DNA of 64,000 bases, taken from contig CM075995.1 in assembly GCA_038087875.1 (NCBI GenBank), positions 10,170,001 to 10,234,000 of the forward strand. Direction: 5' to 3'. Numbering within the stretch: the stretch's first letter is position 1; each line of letters opens with the position of its first letter. A program made the translations under genes and the position numbers. Of this stretch, positions 24,595 through 36,520 are shown piece by piece. The notes beneath the pieces were generated by a model. That model was not told the DNA's origin, did no database searches, and saw nothing but the letters and a program-made list of their open reading frames with translations. This DNA comes from Malacoraja senta (Eukaryota).

Positions 24595-25339
24595 TTAAGT
24601 ACTCGCCCCAAGATGCCATCTGGGCCTACAGCTTTCCTCGTGTTCACCCGTGACAGGGCCCTCCTCACGTCGTGCTTGGACAACGAGAATGTGTGCACAT
24701 CCCCAGCGATGGACTTCCCTTCAGCTTCGATAGCCAGCATGCTGGCGGTGTTGTCGTTAGCCGGCAAACCTGGGGTGATGTTGCCCGACTCGAAACGAGC
24801 GTAGAAGGAGTTCAGCTCAACAGCTAGGGAGGTGCCGGCACTTCCGGTTGAAGGGGGCTGCTCCGGTAGTTGGTTACAGTCTGTAGCCCCTGCCACAGGA
24901 ATCTGGTGTCCTGCTGCTCCATCTGTGACTCCATCTGAGGACCATGACTACCCGACAGTGACAGTGTTACACTTTTAGATCCTACTGTATGTCGTCATTA
25001 AACAGCTGGTTTTGAAATACATATTGGATTCATCGCAGAGCGGGCGATGCCTTACCTGGATCGCCGTTTGAAACGTTTGAGTGTTGGGCCTGCTGCTTCA
25101 ACATCATGGAGCTGTGGTTTGCGGAGCTCCCAGCCTCGGGCCGCGCTGATGTCTATATCGCGGAGCCCTGGGATCACTTTGCCGAGGGCCGCCAGCATGA
25201 ATGTCCGCCCAGCTCAGCCTGTGGACTTTGGGAGCCGCGATCTCCGGTAGGAAGTGGCCGATTCAGAAGTCCAAGCCCCTGAGAATGTTCTCCCATTCCG
25301 ACGTCGGATGGTGACCCCCAAATTTCATTGTACCAATGG

Positions 25340-25930
25340 CCATGAGGGGGGTCCAAGAGGAGGGGGTCCGTTGGAGACGGGAAAAGGGATCATCAATGGG
25401 GGCGAGGACTCCTTCGCATGGAAGAACGGTGTGAGGCGGAGGCGACGGAAGAAGAGCTCCAAATCGCGGCGGTGCGGAACTCATTGAGGTGGGGACGGAG
25501 GGGGACAAAGGTGAGGCCTCTGAGAGGGGGAGGTCAGGGGGGATGGTGAACACACGGCAGGGATGGGGGTTGGGGCCGGAGGAAGGCAGGTGAGTGGACT
25601 GAGGCCGAGGCGATGTCTGGTGGGGGGGTGGTGGGTGGTCAGGGCATAGGGGGGAGGGTATGAGGACTGAAGTGTGGATGGGGAAGAGCTGGGTAACATG
25701 GTTTGAGGGGAATGGGGAAGACCCAGTGGAACAACCACTGAGGTTACCAGGGTCCGGGGGACTAGTACTAGGACCCAGCGCAGTCAAATTCAGGGGAGTT
25801 GGAAATTGCAGTCTGGAAACTTCAGGCCCGGTGCTGAGTCCAGGCTGCAGGTAAGGCGACGGCTGCTGGCTGCTGGAGGGCGGTGGAGTGGTGAGGGTCA
25901 GCGGGCAAAGAGTAGGAGGTCCTTTCCACA
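25340..25930 (-). mobile_element. Penelope-like element fragment (region N-terminal to RT)
   Basis: CRVFTIPPDLPLS..., a frameshifted ELFFRRLRL and DDPFSRLQRTPSSWTP resemble fish and shark PLE proteins, from memory. Confidence 0.6.
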
Positions 25931-26329
25931 ACGAATATAAACCTCACCTGCATTTTAATCCCGGCCGCCCCCACACCAGCAAAGCCTTCAGAATCACAAG
26001 CACAGCGCCACTGATGATAGGGTTTGTAATAACGCCACTATGTCAAACGTTTTATATACCTTGGTGGAGCGGGCCGAGGCCCCCCTAGATCTCGAGGCCC
26101 TAAACTTAAGCTTGTCTAGTTTATACGTAAATCCGGCCCTGTTCCCGGAGCACCACCGTCTTCAGATTCCCCGCCCACACACTCACCACTCTGGCTCGGA
26201 AACTGCCCACATCCCATAATCCGAGAGAGGTTGGTCATCCTGGCAGAGGGAGAGAGAGGGGGGGGGAGGTAGAACAAGATGGGGGGGGGGGGTGAGAGAA
26301 AAAGAGAGACACTGCTCCCTTTAAGTGGC

Positions 26330-26870
26330 TGTTTAGTTTATTGTTACGTGTACCGAGATACCGCGAAGAAAAGCTTGTGTTATGTGCTAACCAGTCCATG
26401 GAAAGACAATACATGATTACAATCGAGCCGTCCACACATATACATGACAAAGGAAATCATGTTTAGTGCAAGATAAAGTCCAATAGCCGCTGATTCAAGA
26501 TAGTCCGAAGGTCTCCATTGAGGTAGATGGGAGGTCAGGACCGCTCTCTAGTTGTGGTTGGATGGTACAGTTGCCTGATAACAGCTGGGAAGAAACTGTC
26601 CCTGAATTTGGAGGTGTGCGTTTTCACAATTACGTGCTTGTTGCCTGATGGGAGAGGGGAGAAGAGGGAGTGGACAGGGTGCGACTCGTCCTTGATCATG
26701 TTGCTGGCCTTGCGGAAGCAGCGTGGTATAAACTGAGTAAATGGAAGGGTGGTTGGTTTGTGTGATGGTTTGGGCTGCGTCACAATTCTCTGCAATTTCA
26801 TGCAGTCTTGGATGGAGCTGATCCCAAATCAAGCTGTGATGAATCTGATAACATGTTTTCCACAGCACAG
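26330..26870 (-). mobile_element. Rex1/Babar-type LINE 3' fragment
   Basis: Encodes KLQRIV...IKDESHPVHSLFSPLPSG...KFRDSFFPAVIRQL and has a (TAAAC)n tail. Confidence 0.8.
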
Positions 26871-27084
26871 TTGGGGATAGGTGTGAGAGTGAGGGTGAAG
26901 GTGAGCAGGGGGCTGGGGTTCAAGGTGCAATGAAAGATGAAAGAACGGGAGTGAGGTGGGGAAGTGTGTTGTTGTCATTGGAGCAGTGGGGTTGTGATCG
27001 CGGAGACACGGTCCAACCTCCGCAGGTACGCTGGAGAGCACAATGACTGGTTGCATCACGGCCTGCTTCAGCAACTCAAACCCC

Positions 27085-27590
27085 CACCCCACCCACCATT
27101 CACCCACCCACACACCTATCCTCACCCCCACCCCACCTACCCCATACCCACCCACCCACGCACCTATCCTCACCCCCACCCCACCTACCCCATACCCACC
27201 CACCCACACACCTATCCTCACCCCCCCACACCACACACCTATCCCCACCCACACCCCCACCCACCCACACACCTATCCCCACCCCACCACACACCTATCC
27301 CCACCCACACACCTATCCTCACCCCCCACCCCACCACGCACGTATCCTCATCCCCACCCCACCACACACCTATCCCCACCCACACACCTATTCCCACCCA
27401 CCCACCCATCCCAACCCTCACCCCCACCCACCCACACACACACCTATTCTCACCCCCACCCACACCTATCTCTAACCCCACCCCACACCTATCTCCACCC
27501 ACACACCTATCTCTAACCCCACCCTTATCCCCACCCTCACCCCTATCCCCACCCCACCCACACACCTATCCCCACCCTCACCCCTATCCC
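27085..27590. repeat. C/A-rich imperfect tandem repeat (CACACCTATCCCCACC)
   Basis: Seen directly. Confidence 0.85.
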
Positions 27591-28210
27591 CATTCGCACT
27601 GCAACTCAAATGCCCTGGAACGAGAGAAACTACAGAGAATGATAGACACTGCCTGGTACTGACCTCCACACCATCACAGGGACCAACAGCTACGCAGGGA
27701 TTCTCCCCCTCTACATTGGGGACCTGGGGTGGAGGGTACTGCACAAGGAGCCCCATGCAACCCGTTTCTCTCGCGGTTCACAGACTCGCCAGCCGCCTGC
27801 CACTGTTGCGGGCTGGAAGAGTCTGTGTACCACGTGTATATGGAGTGTGTGAGGTTGCAGCCACTGTTCTAACACCTAAAGGGGCTGCTCCTTGCCTTCT
27901 GGCTGAACTTCACACCCACCATCCTCATCTTTGGACACCTTGTCCGTAGGGGAGAGGATAGGGCCAAAGATGTCCTGGTTGGGTTGCTCCTGGGCCTGGC
28001 CAAGCTGGCCATCCACGAGTCACGGCGCCTGGTGGAAGAGGCCTCTGCCGGAGCCGGCTGCCTGCCCCTTTTCTGGGGTTATGTCCTCACCCAGGTGGCA
28101 CTAGAGAGGGACTACGCACTGTCCACGGTAACCCTGGGGGATTTCCGGGACCGTTGGGCACCATGTTGGGTGCAAGTCATCCTCGATGTGGATTGTAATA
28201 TAGTTGTATT

Positions 28211-31200
28211 CTTCTTCTCCGTGGATTGTCACCTTCTCCACCAGAAGCTTGTGTGGTCCTGAGATCCTGAGAGTGATGCCGTCTGGAGCTATGCTCCTGG
28301 TAGGGCCATCCATGGCGGTAAGGTCGAGGGGGAGGTCTCTGACAAAGAGCAATCCACCCAAGATCTCAACGGTGGGACAGGCGGAGGATGATGGCACACT
28401 TTAGTGGAGCGTCACAGCGGCTGGGAAGACGTATGAAGGCTGCAGCAGAAAAGGGTCTCCGGTCGTACTCCGATTGGACTCCAAGGCACTGGATCCTGAC
28501 CCAGATCTGTCAAGAACCGTGGGGTGGCTGTCTGTGCACCAGTCTCCCCACATTAAACAAAGTCATGCACAGGCGTCCCCCATATATGGAATCCACCCTC
28601 ACACCCTGGATTAAGTCCTATGGCGATCAGCAAGTGGCGACGGGGCCGGATTGTGAGATCTGGAAGCCCCTAGTCATGAGCTGGCACATCAGGGGGTGGG
28701 TGCTAGATTCAGTCGCTGGACTCTTGGAATGAGGCAGAAGAGCCCTTCGGCAGCTGCACCCATGACTGAGCAGTCCTCTTTCGGATCCACACTGCTCACC
28801 CCATTTGGGGAAAGGGCTAGAAAAGGTGCTCTCAAAATAGCCTGCCTCAAACTTGCCGACTGGATTACCACGTCCAGAGGTATCACCACACGCGGTCAAT
28901 AGACAATAGACAATAGACAATAGAAAATAGGTGCAGGAGGAGGCCATTTGGCCCTTCGTGCCAGCACCGCCATTGATTGCGATCATGGCTGATTGTCCCC
29001 AATCAATAACCCGTGCCTGCCTTCTCCCCATATCCCTTGATTCCACTAGCCCCTAGAGCTCTATCTAACTCTCTCTTACATCTATCCAGTGATTTGGCCT
29101 CCATTGCACTCTGTGGCAGGGAATTCCACAAATTCACAACTCTCTGGGTGAAAAAGTTTTTTCTCACCTCAGTCTTAAATGGCCTCCCCTTTATTCTAAG
29201 ACTGTGGCCCCTGGTTCTGGACTCGCCCAACATTGGGAACATTTTTCCTGCATCTAGCTTGTCCAGTCCTTTTATAATTTTATATGTTCAGAAACACAGA
29301 AATATGAATATGAACTTTGGAGCATGGAATGTGCGCACATTGATGGATAGTGCAACCAGTAACAGACCAGAGAGGAGAACCGCGATCATCGCAAGAGAAC
29401 TGAGAAGATACCGGATTGCCATAGCTGCCCTTTCTGAAACCCGGCGGGCAGACAAAGGACAACTGAAGGAGGGGAAGGGTGGCTACACTTTCTGATGATG
29501 AGCCCAGGATCCATGGTGTTAGGTTTGCCCTCAGGAACCAGCTCATCAGCCACCTCTATGAACTTCCTGTGGGAATCAGTGAGCATCTCATGACCATCAG
29601 TCTGGTCCTTGCCAACAACCAGATGGCAACAGTTGTGAGTGCCTATGCCCCTACTTTAGACTCTGAAGAGGAAGTAAAAGAGACGTTCTACGCCTGCTTG
29701 GACACTGTCTAAAATTCCCAGGGTGGATTAGATTATTCTCCCAAGAGACTTCAACGCCAGGGTTGGCCAGGACCAACACCTCTGGAAGGGTACCATAGGA
29801 AAGGAAGGCATCGGGAACATCAACTCCAATGGAGCTCTGCTTCTCAGCAAATGTGCTCAGCACAACCTCATCGTCACTAACACCCTCTTTCGCCAGAAAA
29901 ACAAACATAAGGCATCTTGGAGACACCCACACTCCAAACAGTGGCATCCCATTGACCATGTCATTGTACAAGCCAGAACATCACACGGGCCATAATCGGT
30001 GCAGATGACTGCTGGACAGAACATCGCCTCATCCGTTCCATGATGTCCATCAAATTCAAGAGGAAGAGGTGGATTCAAACAAAGCGCTACTAAGGCCGTC
30101 TATGGTCCAAGCTACCGCGGCTTAACCCCCTTGCGCTCAAAAGACGGACAAGAACTGCTGAAGGACAATGAGCCAATAACGCCCGATGGAAAGAGCACTT
30201 CCAGGAACTCCTCAACCGTGACAGCACAACTGAACCAGACATTACCCACCACATCCCCCACAGTCCCATCAGAGAAGACATGGAAGAACCTCCCACTATG
30301 ACAGAGGTTCAAGATGCCATCAAGAGCCTTAAGAACAACAAGGCCACCAGTCCAGATGGGATCCCAGCTGAGATCTTAAAGGAAGGTGGACCGGATCTCC
30401 TGTACCACATCCACGCCCTACTCCTCATGGTCTTGGAAAAATAAGAACTTCCCTCAGAACCCAGGGATGCTCTAATTGTAACCATTTTCAAGAAGTGGGA
30501 TAAGGCTGAATGTGAAAACTACAGGGGCATCTCGCTCCTGTCAACAACAGGCAAAGTCCTAGCTCGTGTCCCCGCAAACCGACTTCGACCAGTCTGAGGA
30601 GATACTCCCAGAATCACAGTGTGGCCTCCGCCCATCCAGAGGTACAGCAGACATGATATTCACAGCATGCCGTGAAAAATGCCGTGAACAAAGGCAGCCT
30701 TTGTACATAGACTTCATAGACCTGACAAAGGCTTTTGTCTCGGTAGACCGCCAGGCTCTTTGGAGCAAACTATCAAGGTACGGTTGCAACGACAAGTACA
30801 TCAGAATATTGAGGCTTCCACATGATGGCATGTCGGTCACAGTGCTCAGCAACTGCGGCTCTGAGTCCGACCCTTCACTGTGGAAACGGGGGTCAAACAG
30901 GGATGCATCATCGCACTGACCATGTTTGTCATCATCATTGCTGCCATACTTCACCTCATTGGTGAAGAGCTGCCACAGGGGATCCCAATCCTCTACAGAA
31001 CTGACAGTGGTCTCTTCAACCTTAATAGGTTGAAGGCCAAGAGTAAAGTCAGTAACACCACCATCATGGAGCTTCAGTATACGGACGACTGCGCCATTGC
31101 AACACACTCTGAAGAAGACCTCCAGGGCATCCTGAATGCGTTTGCCAAGACATACAGAGCCATGGGCCTAGCCTTGAACACCAAGAAGACCCAGGACCTT

Positions 31201-32053
31201 CATCAACCTCCACCCAACCAGCCGTCTACCCAGCCCACTATAAAAGTGGACAACACCACACTTGAAAACATTGACCACATCCCCTATATTGGCAGCCGTC
31301 TTTCCTCAAAAGCTGACATCGACTCTGAGGACAACAATCACGTGAGTTCTGCCAGCGGAGCCAACGCCAGATTCAGGAAAAGAGTCTTTGAAGACCGAGA
31401 CCTAAAGGCTCAAAGAAAACTGCTGGTTTACAGAGCCGTTGTCCTACCCACCCTGTTGTATGGAGTCGAGTCATGGACCACCTACAGCAGGTACCTGAGA
31501 TCCCTGGAACAATATCATCAAAGATCCTTATGAAAGATTCTGAGGATCAGCTGGGAGGACAAACGCACCAACATCAGTATTTTGGACGAAGCCAACATGA
31601 CCAGCATCACCACCACAGTAATGCAGCACCAACTTCGATGGACTGGCCATGTCATCCGCATGTCCAACAGATCCTGTACTCTCAATTGAAGGAAGGTCGG
31701 TGAGCCCCCGGTGGGCCAATGAAACGCGTCAAGGACAACATCAAGAACAGTCTGAAGAAATTCCACATCACATCGAGCAACTGGGAGCACATTGCACTGG
31801 ACAGGCGCTCCTGGAGAAAATCCGTGCAGGAAGGAGCTGCTCTTCACAAAATGGAACTACGCCATGTCGCAGAGACAAAGCGACAGCACCGTAAGGAGAG
31901 AGAGAAGGCTGCTACCAACCACCGCCAGTCTCCACTGCCTACGTTGCACCAAGGTGTGTGGATCGCGGATCGGCCTATACTGACATCTGCAGACCCTCAA
32001 TTAGACGACCGTATGGAGAGGACAGTCATACTTGTTTCGAGTGACCGCCGACA
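28211..32053 (+). mobile_element. Near full-length RTE/BovB-type LINE, degenerate
   Basis: Endonuclease FGAWNVRTLMD...RPERRTAIIAREL..Y.I.IAALSETR; RT motifs ILPESQCG.RP.RGTADMIF, TGVKQGCIIA and ELQYTDD. An 11-bp TSD ATAGTTGTATT lies at 28200-28210 and 32054-32064. Multiple stops and frameshifts. Confidence 0.9.
28897..29288 (-). mobile_element. CR1 3' fragment inserted at the start of the RTE ORF
   Basis: Encodes MFPMLGESRTRGHSLRIKG...GYGEKAGTGY and has a (CTATTGT)n tail. Confidence 0.92.
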
Positions 32054-33239
32054 ATAGTTGTATTATAGTTTATTTAATATATTTGTTTGTCTTTGTTTTG
32101 TTTTATTTTGTACTGTAAATATTATTGTAATAATCGATTAAATAAGTTTTGGTAAAAAAAAAACAGGGATCTAGAGAGTGGTGGACACTGCCCTGTCCAT
32201 CACGGGTATCTACAGAGAGTGCCCGGTCCATTATAGGCACTGACCTCCCCACCATCACAGGGATCTACCGGAGGCATTGCCTCCAGAAGGCAGCCAACGT
32301 CATCAGAGACCCACATCAACCTGGCCACGCTCTCATCTCACTGCTACAATCGGGATGAAGGTACAGGACCCCGAAACTGTGACCCTCAAGTTCAAGAACA
32401 GCTTCATCCTAACAACCATCACGTTGTTGAACACTGCACAACATTAACCTCAGCAACTGTGATCTTCTATGGACTGTTTACTTGGGGTGGGAGATTGCAA
32501 CCTTCACGTGGTCCGCTCTGTTTTGACGAATGTAATCAACCTGGCGTGCACAATCAAATAAGATCAATTAGAACAAGTTTTTCTACACGCTGTGCACGCC
32601 ATACGCAAGAAGAAGACTGTTTACTCCACACTGGACTTTAGTTTGTATTACTCTAATCTGGTTACATATTATTACTAATAATTGATTGTATTATTGATTA
32701 TTGTTTATTGTGTATTTAACTGTGTGTTGTGGGTCTTAAAAGCTGCAGCAAGTAAGAATTGTTCCGTTCCCGGTACTTACGACTATTGAACCTTCTTGAC
32801 TACAGACACAAGGAACTGCAGATGCTGGAATCGAGAACAAAACATAGTGCTGGAGGAACTCCACGGGACCGTCTCGACCTGAAACATCCTGTCCGTTTCT
32901 TCCACAGACGCTGCCCTACTCGCCAAAATCACTTTGTGTTTTGTTCAAGACTCCAGCACCTGCAATTCCTTGTGTTCAACAAATCTTGGCCACCATGAAG
33001 AAACCAGGAACTGCAGATACTGGTTTACACAGAAAGACAGAGTGCTGGAGTAACTCAGCGGCCCAGACAGTATCTCTGGAGAACACGGATAGGCGACGTT
33101 TGGGGTAGGGACCCTTTGGGGGTAGGGACCAGCTGAGTTACTCCAGAAGTTTGTGATTTTTTTGGCACCATGGTATTTGTGTTGAACAGGACATTATTCC
33201 CCGTTGTCCTGGATGCTCTCTCGTTGTTGGGATCGAACA

Positions 33240-34000
33240 ACGGCACTCGCCTACACCAATCAGCCCATCTCCCAGCCGACGTGTGAAGCTTGCCAAGGAC
33301 AGGAGCGGCGTGGAGGCCGGACGGTGGTGCAGCGGGGCCGGTGACTGGTGCCGCTGGAATGCCGCCTCAGGTGAGAGGTGAGCTGGGCCCGGGATAAAGA
33401 TCTCTCCGGCTCCCAGTAACACCCAGCTCCCCCTCCCCCCCCCTCCACCACCAACCGGGAGAGGCCCGGCCTTACTGGAACCCCCTGTACCTGCCCCGCT
33501 TGAGCCGGGATCTCTCGCACTTGCTTCCCGCCCACACTCAGTGACACTGACCACAGTTTGGGTAAAGTTGTGTGAAGTTCTCGCTGAGGTTGCGGAAATC
33601 CCGGGACGGGGGCAGGTCTGGGCTGGGCCGGGGCGGAGTGGTGCAGGGGGGGGGAAGGGCCACTCACCACACCCTCCACGGGTGCGGCTCCCCGCCGGAT
33701 GTGCAGCCGCGGCTCCGGTGCTCAGCTCGCTCGGTCTCTCCCCCGGTCTCTCCCCGCAGCGCTGCCCGGGACAGGACGGGGCAGCAGTGCGCCCGAGCGG
33801 CCCGCCCGCACAGCCCGCAGCACCAGGTGAGTCCGGGCCGGGAGGGAGGGAGGGGAGGAAGGCTGCCGGTCATAGGTACAGGTGAACGGGGTGGATTTCC
33901 GGGTCCCGTGGGACTCGGACTCCGGCCACCGGCTCCCGACTGCCAGGGGCCACGGCCCTTTCCGCCTCGTCTCTTCCCTCCTCGTCCCTTTCCTCACTGG
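33240..34000 (+). promoter_or_regulatory. CpG island; probable FAM83H promoter and non-coding first exon (donor CAG|GTGAGT at 33826/33827)
   Basis: Densest non-repeat CpG stretch in the window, with a GC box GGGGCGGAG near 33630 and a perfect + strand donor. The FAM83H ATG exon is preceded by an acceptor and so needs an upstream exon. Confidence 0.6.
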
Positions 34001-34744
34001 ACCCGCTTCTACAACACAGAAAAAGGCCGTTCGGCCCAACTCGTCCATGCCAGCCAAAATGTCCACCCGTCCCATTTGCCTGCGTTTGGGCCGAATTGTA
34101 ATCTCGTTTTAATTATTGGCACACATGGGGCAAATAATTATAGAGTACGTACAGGGTGGGGTCCCGGTTCCCGGGTCCCGAGCGATTCAGACGGACTCGG
34201 GCCATCGGCTCCCGCCTGCCAGGGCCAACTCGTCCCATTTGCCTGCGTTTGGGCCAAATTTTAATCTCGTCTTAATTATTGGCATACATGGAGCAAAGAA
34301 TTATAGAGTATTTACAGGGAGTTGTGGTGATACTGGGATTGTCACAAGTTGTCTGGTTAATGAATAAGGTGGTGCTGGATTACAGGTGGGCATCAGTTGA
34401 CAGGTTAGGATTGCTTCAAGTACCTGTTGCTTGATGCCAACCAGCGGGTCCACAACAGAGTGGCCTCTGTGAAGACTTGTGTCACTGCCCCAGGATCTCT
34501 CTCCAAGATAGTCACAAAAATACCAGTGAGTTAGCAAAAATGCTTCGTCAGCAGCATTTCTGGAAAACAGGAATAGGTGCTGTTTTAGGTCGAGACCCTT
34601 CTTCAGACCCGTCTTGACCTTAAACGTCACCTATTCCTTTTCTCCAGAGAAGCTGCCTGACCCCACTGAGTTACTCCAGCTTTTTGTGTCTATATTGGTT
34701 TAAACCAAATTCAGCAGTTGCTTCCTACACATTTTCTCTCTACA

Positions 34745-35440
34745 ATACTGCTGCACCAAAGATTCCCAGGGTGTGGAGGTGACTTATGGAATTGATGGGC
34801 AACTCTTTAGCCTGCGGCAGCTGCACGATATCACCAGGGTCACTCGTGCATGTAATCGAGCCGCAGTAATGGTGTGTGAGTTCGCACTGTCGGATGTCAA
34901 TTTCCAAGCATTATCCTCGCTTTTAATGAAGCGTATGTTAGGCTGGGTTCCGCGCTCCATATCCACAAGACCAAGACCCTCTCCCAACCCATCCTGCTCC
35001 ACCGCCCTGCAGAAAGTGGACCATCACCCTCGGCTTGGGAGACACCTCTCGAAGAAGACAGATGTCTGTGATAATTCATCACTAGCTTCAATACATCAAT
35101 ACGGTTGATGAGGGACAGGGTTTTGGAAGATCAAGACCTCAGAGCTGAGACAAAGCTGCTGGTCTACCGGACAGCTGTCACTCCTACCCTCCTGGTCACC
35201 CCTGCAACCTAGACTATTCACAGCAGGCACCTCAATATCTCACCAGCTGTGGTTCCTCAAAATCCTCGGGTTCATTGGGAGGACAAGCACCACTGAGCAG
35301 CATAGGACACACACACACTCAGTAACAACCCCCAAACCAGCACACTGCCTGCCCCAAGCTCTTCCCCAGACAAGATCAACAGTGGACAGATCCAAGGAGC
35401 TGGAAAGTCTCCCTGAAGACTTGTTAGTGGCTTTGTCTTG
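34745..35440 (+). mobile_element. Old RTE-clade LINE fragment
   Basis: DGQLFSLRQL and RVLEDQDLRAETKLLVYRTAV.PTLL parallel the RTE copy at 30880-31533. Confidence 0.65.
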
Positions 35441-35634
35441 CACTGAACGCTATTCTCTTTCTCCTGTTTCTGTACACTGTGGATGGCTCGATTGAAATCA
35501 CGTCCAGTCATACTGCTGCCTGGTTAGCACACAACTAAAGCTTTTCACTGTACCATGACAATATGACACATGACAATAAACTGAACTAAGCTAAGAGTTA
35601 CGGAGTCACTGAGTACAGAGTCACTGAGTCATAA

Positions 35635-36520
35635 TACCATAAGTGATAAGAGCAGAATTTGGCCATTCGGCCCATCAAGTTTTTCCGCCTTTCAATCATG
35701 GCTGATCTATATCTGCCTCCTAACCCAATTCTCCTGCCTTCTCCCCATAACCCCTGACACCCGTACTAATCAAGAATCTATGTCGCCCTTAAAAATATCC
35801 ATTGACTGCCTCCACAGCCTCTGTGGCAAATAATTCCACAGATTCACCACCCTCTGACAAAATAAATTTCTCCTTATCTCCTTCTTAAAGAAACGTCATT
35901 GAATTCTGAGGCGATGACCACAGGTCCCAGACACTCCCACTAGTGGAAACATCCTCTCCACATCCACTCTATCCAAGCCTTTCACTATTCCATAAGTTTC
36001 AAGAGCCCCCCCCCCCTCCCATTCTTCTAAACTCCAGCGAGTACAGGCCCAGTGCTGTCAAATGCTCATCATATGTTAACCCACTCATTCATGGGATCAT
36101 TTTTGTAAATCTCCTCTGGACCCTCCCCAGAACCAGCACATCCATTCTCAGATATGGTGCCCAACATTGCTCACAATATTGCAAATGCAGCCTCATCAGC
36201 GCCTTATAGAGCCTCAGCATTGCATCCCTGTTTTGTAGTCTAGCCCCTTGAAATAAATGCGAGCATTGCGTTTGCCTTCCTTTACTACCAATTAGACTTG
36301 CAGATTAACTTTTTGGCAAACCTGCACCAGCACTCCAAAGTCCCTTTGCACCTCCGATTTTTGTATTCTCTCCCCATTTAGAAAATAGTCTATGCCTTTA
36401 TTCCAACTACCAAAATGCATGGCTCCACACTTTCCTTCACTATATTTCATCTGCCACTTCTCTGCCCACTCTCCTAACCTGTTCAAGTCCTGCTGCAGAG
36501 TCCCTGCTTTCTCTACACTA
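35635..36520 (-). mobile_element. CR1 LINE fragment of the same subfamily as 1-1200
   Basis: EKAGTLQQDLNRLGEWAEKWQMKYS...DYFLNGERIQKSEVQRD; similar to the reverse complement of 290-1190. Confidence 0.9.

Larger units (their letters stand above)
17845..24941 (-). mobile_element. 5'-truncated Rex1/Babar LINE split by the Gypsy element
   Basis: RT motifs ([41 protein letters not shown]) and a (CTTGA)n tail at 17845-17866. Removing the Gypsy rejoins [20 protein letters not shown] in frame. Probable TSD CCA(C/T)GACTA at 17836-17844 and 24942-24950. Confidence 0.9.
17761..26141. mobile_element. Non-autonomous hAT-like DNA transposon containing nested insertions
   Basis: Perfect 14-bp terminal inverted repeats (TIRs) CAGGGCCGGATTTA and TAAATCCGGCCCTG, with an 8-bp TSD TTCCCGGA at 17753-17760 and 26142-26149. 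Confidence 0.9.
27702..32163 (+). mobile_element. 5'-truncated Tx1/L1-group LINE 3' end, split by an RTE element
   Basis: C-terminal LLLGLAKLAIHESR...CLPLF.GYV...ALER..A......F..RWAP. The T-rich 3' UTR resumes at 32065 and ends in poly(A) at 32154-32163. TSD CAGGGAT at 27695-27701 and 32164-32170. Confidence 0.7.

Noticed and set aside
26829..27756. His/Pro/Thr-rich and Gly/Val/Trp-rich ORFs
   Set aside because: Translations of the C/A-rich tandem repeat.
33138..34264. ORFs of 114-230 aa in the CpG island
   Set aside because: Expected in very GC-rich DNA; low-complexity Gly/Arg/Pro content with no recognisable domain.
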